A DNA stretch of 64,000 nt from Octopus vulgaris (GCA_951406725.2 OX597832.1:31434001-31498000), one strand, 5' to 3'; shown: positions 28,559-42,570, numbered from the stretch's first letter. Translations and numbers: made by a program. Notes: a model not told the origin generated them from the letters alone.

Positions 28559-29722
28559 CGCACACATATATATAAATATATATACATATATATATACATA
28601 CACATACAGGTGCATCTATGTATGTATGGTCGACTTGTTTCAGTTAGTATAACAAAATATTTTATTATGTAAATCCAGTGTACTCACACATAACACACAC
28701 ACATTCACAGGTACAAACACAAACACACACACATCGGTGCACACATATTCACACGTGTTCTGTAAGATGCTGAAGCTTACAGCAGTTGGCGTAACTAAAT
28801 ACACACAAATCTACCCATTTATGTGTAAACTACGTTCAAATCCCGCCGGAAGTCTTATAACTTTGCTCTGTGTTAAAGCAATCAACGAACTTAACCTGAA
28901 TATTAAAAATACAACCTGTAAGCGGAACGGTAAAAGTATGCAAGACTTTTCTCAAGTTTAAAATGTGGCATTGTTTTTTTTTATCTACAGTCCAGCGATG
29001 GAGCTTTTCAGAGGTAGAATTTAAATAATTGAAAACAGAAGATATCATACATATATGCATACATATGTACATAAATATTTTCATACGTACATACGGACTT
29101 ACACACATGCTTATAGATACACAAATATATATCATTAATACATAACCGTTCTTGGATCCACGACCAGCACAATTCGAAGACTATGCATTTCAAATCCAAG
29201 AACAAGAGATTGCTATAAAATACCGACCATACGAAAGAAACAGAGAAACACTTGAAACCCCACGATGAAACATAAAGAGTAATTGTGTCATATTTCTGTG
29301 GAATGTGATCACACATTTGACCAGTGTCTGTCCAAAAATGTCACCGAGGAACTAACTCCAAATGCGACACAATGTTGTCGCAAAAGCATTTTACAATGCC
29401 ATCCGAAAAAGGACCGTCCTGAAATAAAGATAAAGAACCTCTCTCTCTTGAATACACATTAGATACAGCATCATAAGGAATATACATACATATATACATA
29501 CATACATACATACATACACTCATAAACGTTTTCCCGTTACTCTACAGTGCAACGAACATATAGAAATATATACATATACATACACGCGTACACACATGCA
29601 TACATACATATAAACACACACATAAACATAGACACATATACATATACAATCATACGTACATACCTATACATACACGTACATACATAAATATATATAAATA
29701 TGTATGTGTGTGAATATATGTG

Positions 29723-29788
<66 letters not shown>

Positions 29789-30393
29789 CTTACGCATACA
29801 CACGTACATACAGGCATATACACACATAAGCATTCACACACATTCACACACAATCACAACTACATACGTATACATACACATTTATACACACACACACACA
29901 AACAAGCATAAACGCACACATACATATATACGCGCACACACACCCACAGCACTGCACGTCTCCACACAAACGCACACGCACCTGCCTATAGACGCTTCTC
30001 TCTTCCTCCATCGCCATTCGACCCACCAACCGTAAGACGCGTAGAATCCTGACACGAACCGATGCTGTTAGTGATGTCTTGGAGCGGTTGCATCGAGATG
30101 CATGCGTATGCACATCGATTATCGTAAGCAGAGCTGCACATGCAGAAATGGCAGATGAAGTTATGCGCTGCTGCTGCTGCTGCTGCTGCTGCTGCAGCTG
30201 GGCGTCGTCCAATAAGACCCGAAGGAATGCAACGAAGACGTTTTGCTGCACAGATGCAAGCGACAGACGTGGCATGTGCATTCCATGCATATTTGATACT
30301 CGAACCTAGCTCTATGCACCAGCGTGCCTTTTCTTATGCAACAACGGATCTGCATGTGCACGCATGCATATATGCATATACATATACATACAC

Positions 30394-30438
<45 letters not shown>

Positions 30439-30891
30439 CATATATATACACATATATATATATTTATATGCACACACACACACATATATATACACACACA
30501 CAAACACAAACACACACACACAGACACACACATACACATATATATATATATATTTATACGCACACACACACACACACATATATATATACACACACACATA
30601 CTCACATATATATATATACTTGCATGCATGCTGTAATCGTTGTATTTCCATAACCTTCATTCTTTATCCTTCTTTCTTATTCTCTCATTCTTTCTTGCTC
30701 TTTCTCTCTCCCGCTCTCCCTCACTCCTGCTCTCTCTCTCTCTCACACACACCTAGACACACATGCACACAGTCGTGTGCACATATACACACATGTACTT
30801 GCACAAACACCGTTTTCTGCACTCGCGTTAAAGTAGACAGACAGACAGACATTCCTGCGCTTAGTTCTCGCTCTTAAATTCTTTCTGAACC

Positions 30892-30941
<50 letters not shown>

Positions 30942-31375
30942 AAGACACACACACACACAGCACACTCACGGATACACTCGGTATACGCACACACGCTCAC
31001 ATACATTGACATAAACATTCACACACATACATTCACGTACACGGATACACATTCACACTCATCATAAACATCTTACACACACACAAACGCACACGCACAT
31101 ACGTATACCCTCATACACATACATACGCAAACACTCACTGACGCTCATACCCACATAACGCTGACACAGATTACCCCTCACACACATTCATACACAAACT
31201 CCCTCTCTCTTTCCCTCTCTCTCTCACACACACGTACACACTCGCACACACGCGCACACACACTAATATACACATTTACACTCACGTATTTAGATAATGA
31301 AATAAGTGTTATTTCAATCATAAACGATATTCACAGATATTTCATAATCCCTGATATCTGAAAAAGAAGACCAGC

Positions 31376-31438
<63 letters not shown>

Positions 31439-31439
31439 T

Positions 31440-31670
31440 TTTCTGGGGAGATTAAATCTCTCCGCTACTGATCGTCATTGCATTTAATCCCTCAGACAAG
31501 TACAGTGAGAAAATCCAATCCTGTTTGTGAGTTTACCAAATCCAAGATGAAAATTAATCCCCCTCTGTATGTGGATGACCCCAAGATATATACAAAAATC
31601 GTGAGATGGACGTAAAGTCTTTGATCCAAATAGGGAGAATATTTAATGAAAATAATGGGGATAAAGACGT
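31440..31670 (+). mobile_element. decayed R4/Dong-like RT core fragment
   Basis: GD*ISPLLIVIAFNP resembles QGDxLSPLLF and KINPPLYVDDPKIY resembles KINHLLYMDDLKLY; starts immediately after (TAA)n. Confidence 0.7.
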
Positions 31671-31877
31671 TGTTAATGCAGAATTCAAATGTTTTGACTC
31701 AAAGACTCATTTATAAACTCCAGCCATATTTGAACACATAACTTCTGAATTTTGGGGTATTTTAAAATTTAATTTGCAAGGTTCCTGATTTCACCACCAT
31801 ATATGACCCGCCTGTTTTATCTCAGGAGGTTCGTTATGCCAATTATAATCACACGCATTGGTTATATTTCACTTCAC

Positions 31878-32034
31878 AGTGGCTGTGTAGTAAGTAGCTT
31901 GCTAACCAACCACATGTTTCTGGGTTCAATCCCACTGCGAAGCACCGTGGGCAAGTGTCTTCTACTATAGCCCCGAGCCGACCAAAGCCTTCTGAGTGGA
32001 TTTGGTAGACGGAAACTAAAAGAAGCCTGTTGTG

Positions 32035-32105
<71 letters not shown>

Positions 32106-32330
32106 GTATATGTATGTGTTTCTGTGTCTATGTTTGTCCCCACAACATCGCTTGACATCCGATGCTGGTGTGTTTAAGTCCCCGTAACTTAACAGTTCAG
32201 CAAAAGGGACCGATAGAATAAGTACTAGGCTTACAAAAAAATAAGTCCTGCAGTCTATTTGTTCAACTAGGCGTTGCTCCATCATGGCCTCACTCAAATG
32301 ACTGAAACGAATAAAAGAATAAAAGAATAA
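31878..32330 (+). mobile_element. SINE family B, near full length with internal CA/TA microsatellite
   Basis: A/B boxes, GGGCAAGTGTCTTCTACT core, 3' half CCGATAGAATAAGTACT..ATGACTGAAAC and (TAAAAGAA) tail. Confidence 0.9.
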
Positions 32331-32777
32331 TTGATGAGTAATAAAGAAGTGAAACAGAGCCAATGCGTGTGTTTATAGTTGACATAATGACCCTCCTGGG
32401 ATACAACAAAAATTACGACTTTTTGTTTTATAGTTTGATCAAAGAAGTGAGGGGCCTCCGTTATAACCCAATAACAGGGTTTCCGAGAATGTGGGTGGAA
32501 TAAAAGGGGGATTCCTTTGCAGAAAGCGACTCGACCTGAAGGCTTGCAATGGTCCTGAGTTGGTTAAAACCCACCAAAGAAGCAGAAGTTTGTGTTAAAT
32601 CGCGAAAAGGATTAAAACGTACGGTTTGTAGATTCTTCGTTTTAACGAAGGAAATATGGATAGTTATTTTGGATGTCTAAATGTGTGTGCACACATACAC
32701 ACATACACACACATACACACATACACACACGTGTAATAAGCATCCATGATGCATGTGCATTTGTGTATGTATGTGTG

Positions 32778-32882
<105 letters not shown>

Positions 32883-32952
32883 ATATATATATATACATAC
32901 ACATATATATATACATACATATACATATATATATACACATATACATATATAT

Positions 32953-32987
<35 letters not shown>

Positions 32988-33027
32988 TATGTATATATAT
33001 ATGTCCCACAATGCCTAGGCGAAATAT

Positions 33028-33062
<35 letters not shown>

Positions 33063-33215
33063 TATATATATATATATATATGTATATGTGCTGTTGGACA
33101 GGACGCTGCTACTTAATTTCATATTTGTTCGCTCATCCAGACGCCATATGCTGTCTGAGACTTAAAAGAGACCATACGGTTCAGCCGAACACACACACAC
33201 ACGCACGTATGTATG

Positions 33216-33269
<54 letters not shown>

Positions 33270-33755
33270 TGTGTACATGAACGTGTTATGCATCCATGCA
33301 TGTATATATATATATTCATGTAAACATGTAAAGGTATACATACCTACATTTACACACATATGTATGAATGTACTCGTACACACACAGGCGTATGCATGTA
33401 TGTACATACATGCACACACACCCACATATATGCATGAGCATAGCCCTGTACATAGAGGCGTAGATGCAATATATATGCACATATTAATTAAGGAACTCTG
33501 GGAATCAGATATGGAATCTAAGACCCAGTATAAGATGAAAGAGATAAATATCGAATGTATAGAAAAGTTGGATATGAAATAGTATTTAGCTGTAGTAATG
33601 GCGACCGTGGTTAAGAGAGAGGAATAAAGGGGGCGGCGGCGGCGATGGTGAGGCGCGATGGATACGGGTGGTGGTGGTGGTGGTGATTGTGATGATGATG
33701 ATGATGATGAGCGTGATGAAGATGATGCCTGTATGTGATGGTGACAGTGATGGTA

Positions 33756-33802
33756 AAGAAGAAGAAGAAAAAGAAGACGAAGACGACGACGACGACGACG
33801 AA

Positions 33803-33837
<35 letters not shown>

Positions 33838-33891
33838 AGAAGAAGCAGAAGAAGAAGAAGAAGAAGAAGAAGAATGAGAAGAAGAAGAGAA

Positions 33892-33922
<31 letters not shown>

Positions 33923-34148
33923 CAGAAGAAGAAGAAGAAGAAGAAGAAGAAGAATGAGAAGAAGAGGAAGAAGAAGAAGAAGCAGAAGAAGAAGCAGGAG
34001 AAGAAGAAGAAGAAGAAGAAGAAGAAGAAGAAGAAGAAGAAGAAGAAGAAGAAGAAGAAGAAGAAGAAGAAGAAGAAGAAGAAGAAGAAGAAGAAGAAGA
34101 AGAAGAAGAAGAAGAAGAAGAAGAAGAAGAATAAGAAGAAGAAGAAGA
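33756..34148. repeat. (GAA)n microsatellite
   Basis: Directly visible tandem repeat. Confidence 0.98.
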
Positions 34149-34167
34149 GAAAGACGAATGTGATGAG

Positions 34168-34310
34168 TAGGCGTAACTGGTACTTATTTAATCGACCCCG
34201 AAAGGATGAAAGGCAAAGTCGACCTCAGCGGAATTTGAACTCAGAACGTCACGGCAGACAAAATACCGCTAAGCATTTCGTCCGGTGTGCTAACGTTTCT
34301 GCCGGCTCGT
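34168..34310 (-). mobile_element. SINE family A head and core
   Basis: Reverse complement of 58038-58180. Confidence 0.9.
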
Positions 34311-34454
34311 ATTGCCTATCAAACATTAAGCCTCCTGGCTGACTTCAATTCCCCAACTCTTTTTAGCAATGACGGCCATTGTTACAGACTACAAACCCAG
34401 TAGTTACTGTTTCTAGGTCTATCTCCATAGACACCATTCGAAAGAATCAAACCT

Positions 34455-34790
34455 ATTTCGGGAGCCATTGCCTCGTAAAGTCCTTGGCTCATAAGGTTTG
34501 TTTCTTGGCTTCTCTAGCATATTTACCCTCCTCCCCTGCTAGACGGGCCCTCGCAGGATCACTCATTTTTATACACAATTGACTGGACTGGAAACAGCAT
34601 CAAATGACGCTTTTTGCTCAAGGACACAACGCATCGCCCGGCCTAGGAATCGAAAGCATAATCTTACAATCACGAGTGATTTAACCATTAAACCAGGATG
34701 AGTTTCAAATCGTGGCCTAGTGGTTACGGTGTTCGGCTCACAGTCATAATGTCATGAGTTCAGTTCCTGAGCCGGGGGAAGCGTTGTATG
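34455..34790. mobile_element. two SINE family C copies head-to-head (minus about 34455-34700, plus about 34710-34790)
   Basis: TTTTGCTCAAGGACACAACGC..AGGAATCGAA on the left and CGTGGCCTAGTGGTTA..GAGTTCAGTTCC on the right. Confidence 0.7.
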
Positions 34791-35034
34791 CACCACAGGT
34801 TCAAATTGTAGGAGATCTGAGACTATACAGGCAGCTAAGACAATAAGCGAAAGCATCGTACATACTACCAAACTCTATTCGTTCGCTGTTGACAGTCTGT
34901 TCTTTAATGGGGAAAGCAGAACGTGCCAGGGTTTGGCATGTTTTGGTTAATCCTTTAGCGCTGGTTCTGTGTGAAAATATGGGTTCAGTTTGTAGTGTGT
35001 ATGTTATTGGCTGGCTGCCAACTTTTGTCATATT

Positions 35035-35935
35035 TTAGAGGAGGTCCGACGACACTCTCGGGGCAAACCTGGGCGTCGACGAGAAATTCCTAACCCGCAC
35101 TTTTCAGGACGGCTTTCGAGCCGGGGCCTATGGATAACTTCCAGAGATCCCTGACTTGGCAATGCTATCGGGACGCACTACCAGTCCGAGAGAAGATCTA
35201 CAGACACGGTTCGAAAACCACCGGACCGACCTGCTCGAGATGCGGTCAGAGCGACGAAACCGTTCTGTATGCATTCGTGCAGTGCCCAGAGCTGTGGACC
35301 TTCGTCGAACAGCCGTTGTCGCGTGTAGGACGGGCCCGCTTATCAGCCGAGTTTATCGTGAATATTGTTCCGCCACATTCCTTTAAACGGGAAGGAAAAA
35401 CAGTTTTCGTAACACTGATAACTATGGCGAAAGAATGCGTTTGAAAGGCTTACAAACAAACACTTTCCTCTCTGGTCAGTCTCTCGTCAACCTTTTCCAA
35501 GTACCACTTGAAAAGGAGGAGAGAATAGAGAGGAAAGTGTTGTCGAATGAATGTTTCAATAAAAAATGGTTAAATGTAGCAAGAATGGTCAGTATGAAAG
35601 ACGACACCATTTTAAGCATAAATCTATAACAAAATTGAGATAAACAAGAACGGTACTTACACTTATGTACATTTTGAATTGCCTAAGGTGACCTTGGTCT
35701 TTTTTGTAGGTTTTTCTTTCCAAGGCTACCCCTAAACTGTGAACAATATCGACCCCCACCTCTTTTTTGGGGAACTTTGTATATTTCTTTCTTTTTTTTT
35801 GTACACCACACAGCCCAACGATCCCTATTGATCGAGCTATTTCTTTGCGTGTCCCACCCATCCCACCTCGAAAAGAAAAACCCTATTCCGTCTATTTTTC
35901 TGTGTTTAGCCCTGCGTGGCCATAATAAAAAGATA
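35035..35935 (+). mobile_element. Tx1-like LINE 3' end (zf-RVT, ORF2 stop, 3' UTR)
   Basis: MDNFQRSLTWQCYRDALPV..CSRCGQSDETVLY translation; the 3' UTR ends AATAAAAAGATA running into (TCTA/TCTG)n. Confidence 0.88.
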
Positions 35936-35939
35936 TCTA

Positions 35940-36056
<117 letters not shown>

Positions 36057-36061
36057 ATCTA

Positions 36062-36115
<54 letters not shown>

Positions 36116-36131
36116 GCTAGCTATCTACCTA

Positions 36132-36186
<55 letters not shown>

Positions 36187-36555
36187 CTCTCTCTCTCTCT
36201 CTCTCTCTTCATCCATCCGGCTCTGCATATTTATTGCACTCTATACATTCTAACTTATTCAGTGACAACCACACGCTACCATTAAAAGCTACAACAACAA
36301 CAACTTCAAGAATCACCACCACACCACTATCACCACCACCACCACCACCACCAAACCAACAACGTCTACGAAAGTGTTCAAAAATAAAATATGAGCTTGT
36401 GTGTGCGTGCGTGTGTGCGTGCGTGTGTGCGTGCGTGCGTGTGTGCGTGCGTGTGTGCGTGCGTGTGTGTATTATTCATTCTTCCTTCAGGTTACTTTCG
36501 ACGTTTTTCGTTAAATTAACAACGAATACATATTTCAGTATCCACACGCATAAAT

Positions 36556-36588
<33 letters not shown>

Positions 36589-36621
36589 ATGAGAGGAAGA
36601 GATAGAGGAAGGGTGGAGAGA

Positions 36622-36659
<38 letters not shown>

Positions 36660-36835
36660 AGAGAGGGGCTGGTGGTAACGAAAGACTAAGAAGAAGAGAG
36701 TGAGTGAGGCAGCGTTAACTCCATAAACCTCGATTTGTGAAATGTCGCCAGTTTCTTTTGCCTCTTCTTGTTTCCGCAGCATCTCAGTTGGTTGCGAATC
36801 CCGAAAGAGGTCGCTGCTGTAGTGTCCTTGGTAAG

Positions 36836-36862
36836 ACGATGACGACGATGATGATGATGATA

Positions 36863-36923
<61 letters not shown>

Positions 36924-36924
36924 C

Positions 36925-36962
<38 letters not shown>

Positions 36963-37194
36963 CGACGATGATGACGATGAGGGTGGTGATGATGATGATG
37001 ATAGTGTTGCTGATGGTGATGGTTGCGATAATGGGAATGATGACGATGAGGTTGTTGTTGTTGGTGGGGACGTTGGTGATGGGGACAACGGTTGTGCTGG
37101 AGGTGGTGGTTACGGCGGTTGTGATGACAACGGTGATGACGACAATGATGATGATGATGGTAGTGATGTTGAGGATGACGACGACGACGACGAC

Positions 37195-37235
<41 letters not shown>

Positions 37236-37254
37236 CGATGACGATGATGATGAT
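36836..37254. repeat. (GAT/GAC/GGT)n microsatellite
   Basis: Directly visible tandem repeat. Confidence 0.95.
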
Positions 37255-37459
37255 CCTTTTGACACCAGAGAAGAAAATAAAGTTACAAGCTTCACTTAGA
37301 CTGGAAACAAGAAATATTCCATAAATCAATAAAGACCATTATTCTTGTGGTGCTTGTTATTGCGATTCCATTATCTCGCTGACACCGTCTCAATGTTTCA
37401 CAGTTTTTCTATCTCACACTCACCCATTCCCTCTCTCCCCTTCTCTCACTTACTCTCTC

Positions 37460-37496
<37 letters not shown>

Positions 37497-37534
37497 TCGA
37501 AATTGTCTCTTTCGTCAGATTTAACGATGGACAG

Positions 37535-38005
37535 GCTTTCGCAGCAACTTTGCTAAGCAACTGTGAATTACTTCGTATAACATATTCTAAACTGTGCTCT
37601 CCAGATATATATTTTCAGTACCTGAAGTTCTGGGGTTTGCCCCTCATTGTACACCACTTAACGCATCTCGGGTCCACATAAGTTTCAGTCTTCACCCTGG
37701 TCCCTAACGTAAAATTCAACAACGAGCAGCTTTCATATAAGACGCTTGGGGCCTAAATCGGTTTTGCAAAACATGATATTCCGGGTTTACTCCCCGCTGT
37801 CCGTAGCCTTGCGCATCCATCTCGGGTTCATAAAAGTCCTGTTTTGCACCGGCCCCTAACAGACATTTTCGCAGCACTTTGCTTATCAAATGTGACTGAC
37901 ATCGTATAAGGCGCGTAGTTCAGAATTCTGCTTTGCAAACCATGAGATTTCGGGCTTAGCCCTAACAGTGTACGTCGTGTTGCGCATCTCGGGTCCACAT
38001 AAGCC
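37535..38005. repeat. diverged about 160-bp tandem repeat, 3 units
   Basis: CATCTCGGGT recurs near 37664, 37818 and 37985; TTTCGCAGCA..CTTTGCT recurs at about 37537 and 37867. Confidence 0.75.
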
Positions 38006-38089
38006 TTACAGGTTATGCAAAATAGACGGAAATTGTGCGGAAACCCACACCGTGTATGTGTAATTTATGTTCTTGTGTTTTTATCTTGT

Positions 38090-38350
38090 TCTTGGTTCAG
38101 TCATTGGATTGAGGCCATGCTGGATCACCGTCTTGAAGGGTTCAGTCGAATAAATCTACTCCAGTATTCATTTAAGTTTCGTATTTATTCTCTCGGTCTT
38201 TTGCCGAACCGCTAAGTTATGGTGATGTAAACAAACCAGCATTAGTTGTCAAGCGGTGGTGGTGGTGGTGGTGGAAGCACAAACAACACAAAGATACACA
38301 GATATGGTGGCTTCCACACAATTTCCGGTTGCCAAATTTCTTAACCAAGG
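38090..38350 (-). mobile_element. SINE family B fragment
   Basis: Reverse complement of the 3' half (GGCCATGCTGG..TTTTGCCGAACCGCTAAGTTA). Confidence 0.8.
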
Positions 38351-38541
38351 ATTACGACTGGCTTCTTCTTACCTCCAAGCAATAAACCTCTCCATTTTCT
38401 TCACGGCATTTCAAATTCGGAGAATCCTTGAATCACGAGATCATTTCCCCTCCTCATATGGAGCTGGTCTTTAATCGCTATTTGGTAATTACGGCCCATT
38501 CCCTTGAGCTGGAAATAATTTTAATAAATAAGAAATTTATT

Positions 38542-38672
38542 TTGTTGTGTCTGGGGAGAGTCATTCTCCTTTATTATTTAACACACTCACCGGTTGAGTT
38601 TCCACTCATTTACCGGGGAGTGTGTTACATAATAAGGCACTAAAAGAGAACGACTCTCCCCAGGCACAACAA
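38542..38672. repeat. fold-back inverted repeat (MITE-like hairpin)
   Basis: TTGTTGTGTCTGGGGAGAGTCATTCTC pairs with GAGAACGACTCTCCCCAGGCACAACAA; inner AACACACTCACCGGT pairs with ACCGGGGAGTGTGTT. Confidence 0.9.
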
Positions 38673-38849
38673 CAAAATATGCTTCAACACAAGAACTCAC
38701 ATAAAGAATCTTGCAAACCAAATCCAAAAACGAAGAAATTTATGTTGTATGGTATTTGAATTGCCTTTATTTGTCTATGTTGTTCGTATCTATCCTGCTC
38801 GGGTATTTTTGTTTAGATTACGCGACATAAATAATTGTTCCTTAAAGTG

Positions 38850-38985
38850 AAGGCAGGTGGCCTGACGATTGCGGTGCTCGGCGCACGATCATAGGGACGT
38901 GGGATCAATTCCTAAACAGGGTAGTGCATCGTATCCTTAAGCAATGCATTTCATTTCCTTTGCCCAGCTGTAAGCGAGTGGCAGA
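38850..38985 (+). mobile_element. SINE family C, degenerate
   Basis: GAAGGCAGGTGGCCT start, GGATCAATTCC B-box remnant and CACTTCATTTC-like core. Confidence 0.6.
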
Positions 38986-39673
38986 CTGTTGCTCGAACCA
39001 TTCTTTCTTTCCCTCTTTTTCGCCCTTCTCTCTCTCCTTCAACTGTTACGGGCTGGATGCTCCACCGGGTCAAGGGTACGAAGAGCAGGGGACGAAAGGG
39101 TGTCCATGTCTGCTTACGACTGCATGAGCACCGACAGCGGAATACGCGGCTGTCTTGTTATCAAGTACAGACACACAACCACACACATACACACACACAC
39201 ACAGACATATACACGCAAAGATAAATATATGTAAACTCACGCGCAGACACACACATACGTATTCACACACATATAACACACACAAACACACACACATATG
39301 TATATATGTGTGTGTGTAAATATGTATATATATATATATATATATATGACTGTACACATGTGTATGTGCACAGACACATATGACACACACACACACACAC
39401 ATACATATATCATAATTTATTCATATATGTTACTAATATCACACGCACACACATTTGCTTGCATGAATATATATATATATACATACATATACGCATTATA
39501 CACCCACGTGTTGCTCTTATTGCTGCGTATATCTCTTCCTTTCACCGTTTTGTTCTCTTTGATGGAATGATGAATGAAATGTCGAGATAGAATTGGAGAT
39601 AAAGTTGGCGGAGATGGCGGAGGTGGTGGAGGTGGTGGTGACAGTAGAGGTGGTGGTGGTGGTGGTGATGGCT

Positions 39674-39715
<42 letters not shown>

Positions 39716-39895
39716 ACATGATTCCTTTCGTCGAGAACTTTTCTAAGACGCAGACATATTGACTTGGTTTCCTTCACGTTTATGTTTCGTCGTAGTTTTT
39801 GTTGTTGCTGTTGTTGTTGTTGTTGTTGGACATCTTTTCCGTTGCAATCGTTGACTTCGCATCTCGCAGAAAGCAGGACCACCGTCTCAATACTA

Positions 39896-40657
39896 CCTTC
39901 CTCTTCACCCTTCCTCTTCAATTTCCTCCTCCTCCCCTCCCCCTTATCCTCCTTTTCCTCCTCCCCTTCTCAACCTCCTCCCCTCCCTTACCTCCCTTCA
40001 TCCAACACCCCTCAACCTCCTACTCCCCCTCTTCTTTCTCCTCCTCTTCTGTCCCCTTTCTCCTCCACCTCCTCTTCTTTCTCCTCCACCTCCTCCCTCA
40101 TCTCCCTTTCCACTCCGCCCCTCCTCAACTACCTCTTCTGCCTCCTCTTGTTTCTCCTTCTTCCTCCTCCTCCTCCTGCTCTCCTTCTTCCTTCTCCTCT
40201 CCTCCCCCCTCCTCCCTCCACAACTTCCTCCTCTCCTCAACTTCCTCTTCTTTCACCTCTTCTTCCCTGTCGTCTTTCTCCTCCCCTCTTCCTCATCCTC
40301 CTTCTCTTCCTCCTCCTTTTCTTCCTTCTCCTCTTCTTCCTCTCCCATTCCTCCTCCCCCCTCATCTTATTCCTTCCCTTCTTCCTCCTCCCATTCCTCC
40401 TCCCCCCCTCATCTTATTCCTTCCCTTCTTCCTCCTCCCATTCCTCCTCCCCCTCCTCCTCTTATTCCTTCCCTTCTTCCTCCTCCTCCTCCTCGTCCCT
40501 CCCCTCTCCCCCTCCCTTTTACCCTCTTCTCCTCCCTCTTCTATCCCCTTCTTCCTTTCCTTCCTTTCATCCTCATCTTCTCTATATCTTTCTCTGTCGT
40601 TGTTGTTGCTCTTCTTCTTCTTCTTCTTCTTCTTCTTCTTCATCATCATCATCATCT

Positions 40658-40689
<32 letters not shown>

Positions 40690-40704
40690 TTCTTCTTCTT
40701 CTTC

Positions 40705-40763
<59 letters not shown>

Positions 40764-40796
40764 CATCATCTTCTTCTTCTTCTCCTCCTCCTCCCC
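39896..40796. repeat. polypyrimidine low-complexity tract ((CCT/CTT)n, then (TTC)/(ATC)n)
   Basis: Directly visible; includes a local duplication CCCATTCCTCCTCCCCCCTCATCTTATTCCTTCCCTTCTT. Confidence 0.95.
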
Positions 40797-41563
40797 CGTC
40801 TTTCACACAGGCTCTACCAAAATAATCGATACCATTATGTAGGTCTTACTGCTTCTACTACTGATGTTGCCCTCCCCTTCCTCTTCCTCCCCTTTCCTCT
40901 TCCTCCTCCTCCATGCCATCGCTGTTTGTTGCTGTTGTTGTTGTTATTGCCATCCGTCTTTTCGTTTCAAATAACTAAATACACTCGCCGTCTTCCTCAC
41001 CATTCCGTTTGCTCCTCATCTTTAATGGTTGTTTTCGTTGTTGTCGTTGTTGTTGTTTGTTATTATTTAAATTTAATATGGCGTTCGGTGAAGAACAGCG
41101 CCGCCTGCCACACGATTCCAACGGGTCCCAGTCAATGGTTCACCGCGCTTCTACCGAGGGCGACAGTCGCAAAAGGTTGTCTGCTGGAACAATTGCTGCG
41201 AAAAGTTCATTTCGAAAATTATCCTTCGAAACCAGTCTGGGTTTATTGCCAAAGCTTGCAATCTTCTGCCGACTCTAACACGCAAACACACACACGCACA
41301 CGCATAATCACACGCGCACAATCACACACGCACACACACAGACGCGTACACACACACGCGCACACGCATGCAGACACACGTACGCACATGCATACACACA
41401 CACGTATACACACACACGCACACACACACACACACGCATGCACACAATCATACACCCATACATACAGACGCACACGCACACATGCACACGCAAGCTCACA
41501 CACACACGCACACTCACACACATGCACACACACACACATACACCACACACACACATACACACA

Positions 41564-41615
<52 letters not shown>

Positions 41616-41649
41616 CTCTCTCTCAGTGAAACAACGTATTTTTGCCCCG

Positions 41650-41748
41650 TTGCGCGGCACCCTGGACAAGTGCCTGCTATTACAGACCCGTGCCGCCCAA
41701 TGCCTTTATGAATGAACATTTGCCAGACGGAAACTGTGTGCGAGCCCG
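41650..41748 (+). mobile_element. SINE family B core fragment
   Basis: GGCACCCTGGACAAGTG..CAGACGGAAACTG. Confidence 0.6.
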
Positions 41749-41769
41749 AGTGGGAGCCCCAGTGGGCCC

Positions 41770-42570
41770 ACTGCCCTGAGCGCATGATCTCAGCGCCAAT
41801 TCTGTCTTTAGCACGTTTTGTTTTGTCAAGCTTCAATTTACTCACTGCTGTTACCGCGTTGTCCATCGGAGGTGTAGAGTCCCCAGGGAGCTGGCGACAG
41901 GTCTTTGTGGAATAATATCATTTACAACATCGTCTACAACAGAGTCATTGTTTAGAAGTTCAGAAAAATCTTCAATCCATCGACCTATAATCTCTATTGA
42001 TTTAGTAAGTTTGAGTAGCGCCCTCCTTGGAAAGCAAAAGAGCTGATGCAGAACTCTTAGGCCCCTAAACTTGCTCCATAAGATGGTAAAGCTTCTTGCT
42101 TTCATTTGCATCAACAGCGACTTGAATATCACAAGCAAGACCTTCCTATCAGGTGTTCTGCATCTTACTGAGTGTTCGCTGCAGTGGAGACTTTGTATTC
42201 TTACAATGGGTAAGTGCTAGATTCTGCTGCACAACTGATAGTTCTCTGTGCATTGCAACACTGTGGGCATTGCACTTTGCAGACAGAAGTCTCTGAACAT
42301 CAACACCGTTTCCATCAAACCAGTCCCCACTCTATACGCAAGCTCACTATACAGCATCTACTTAGTAATCCTCCGACCGTTCATCCGAACAAGGTGTCCG
42401 GTCCAACGTAAATGGTGATTGTGCAACATCGCTCCAATGCTCAAGATGTCGGCTCCCCTCAGAACTTGTGTCCGGAGTACGCAAAGAACATCCAACACTC
42501 AGAAGATGTTTCAGACATCTGTGATAGAGGCGTTCAAGAACCCTTACATGATGTCTATAAAGGGTAAAAT
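41770..42570 (-). mobile_element. RTE-clade LINE fragments
   Basis: FTLYRHHVRVLERLYHRCLKHLLS matches the RTE C-terminal domain; IIGRWIEDFSELLN..IPQRP and AVSKLKLDK..DRIGAEIMRSG match the pre-RT region. Confidence 0.82.
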
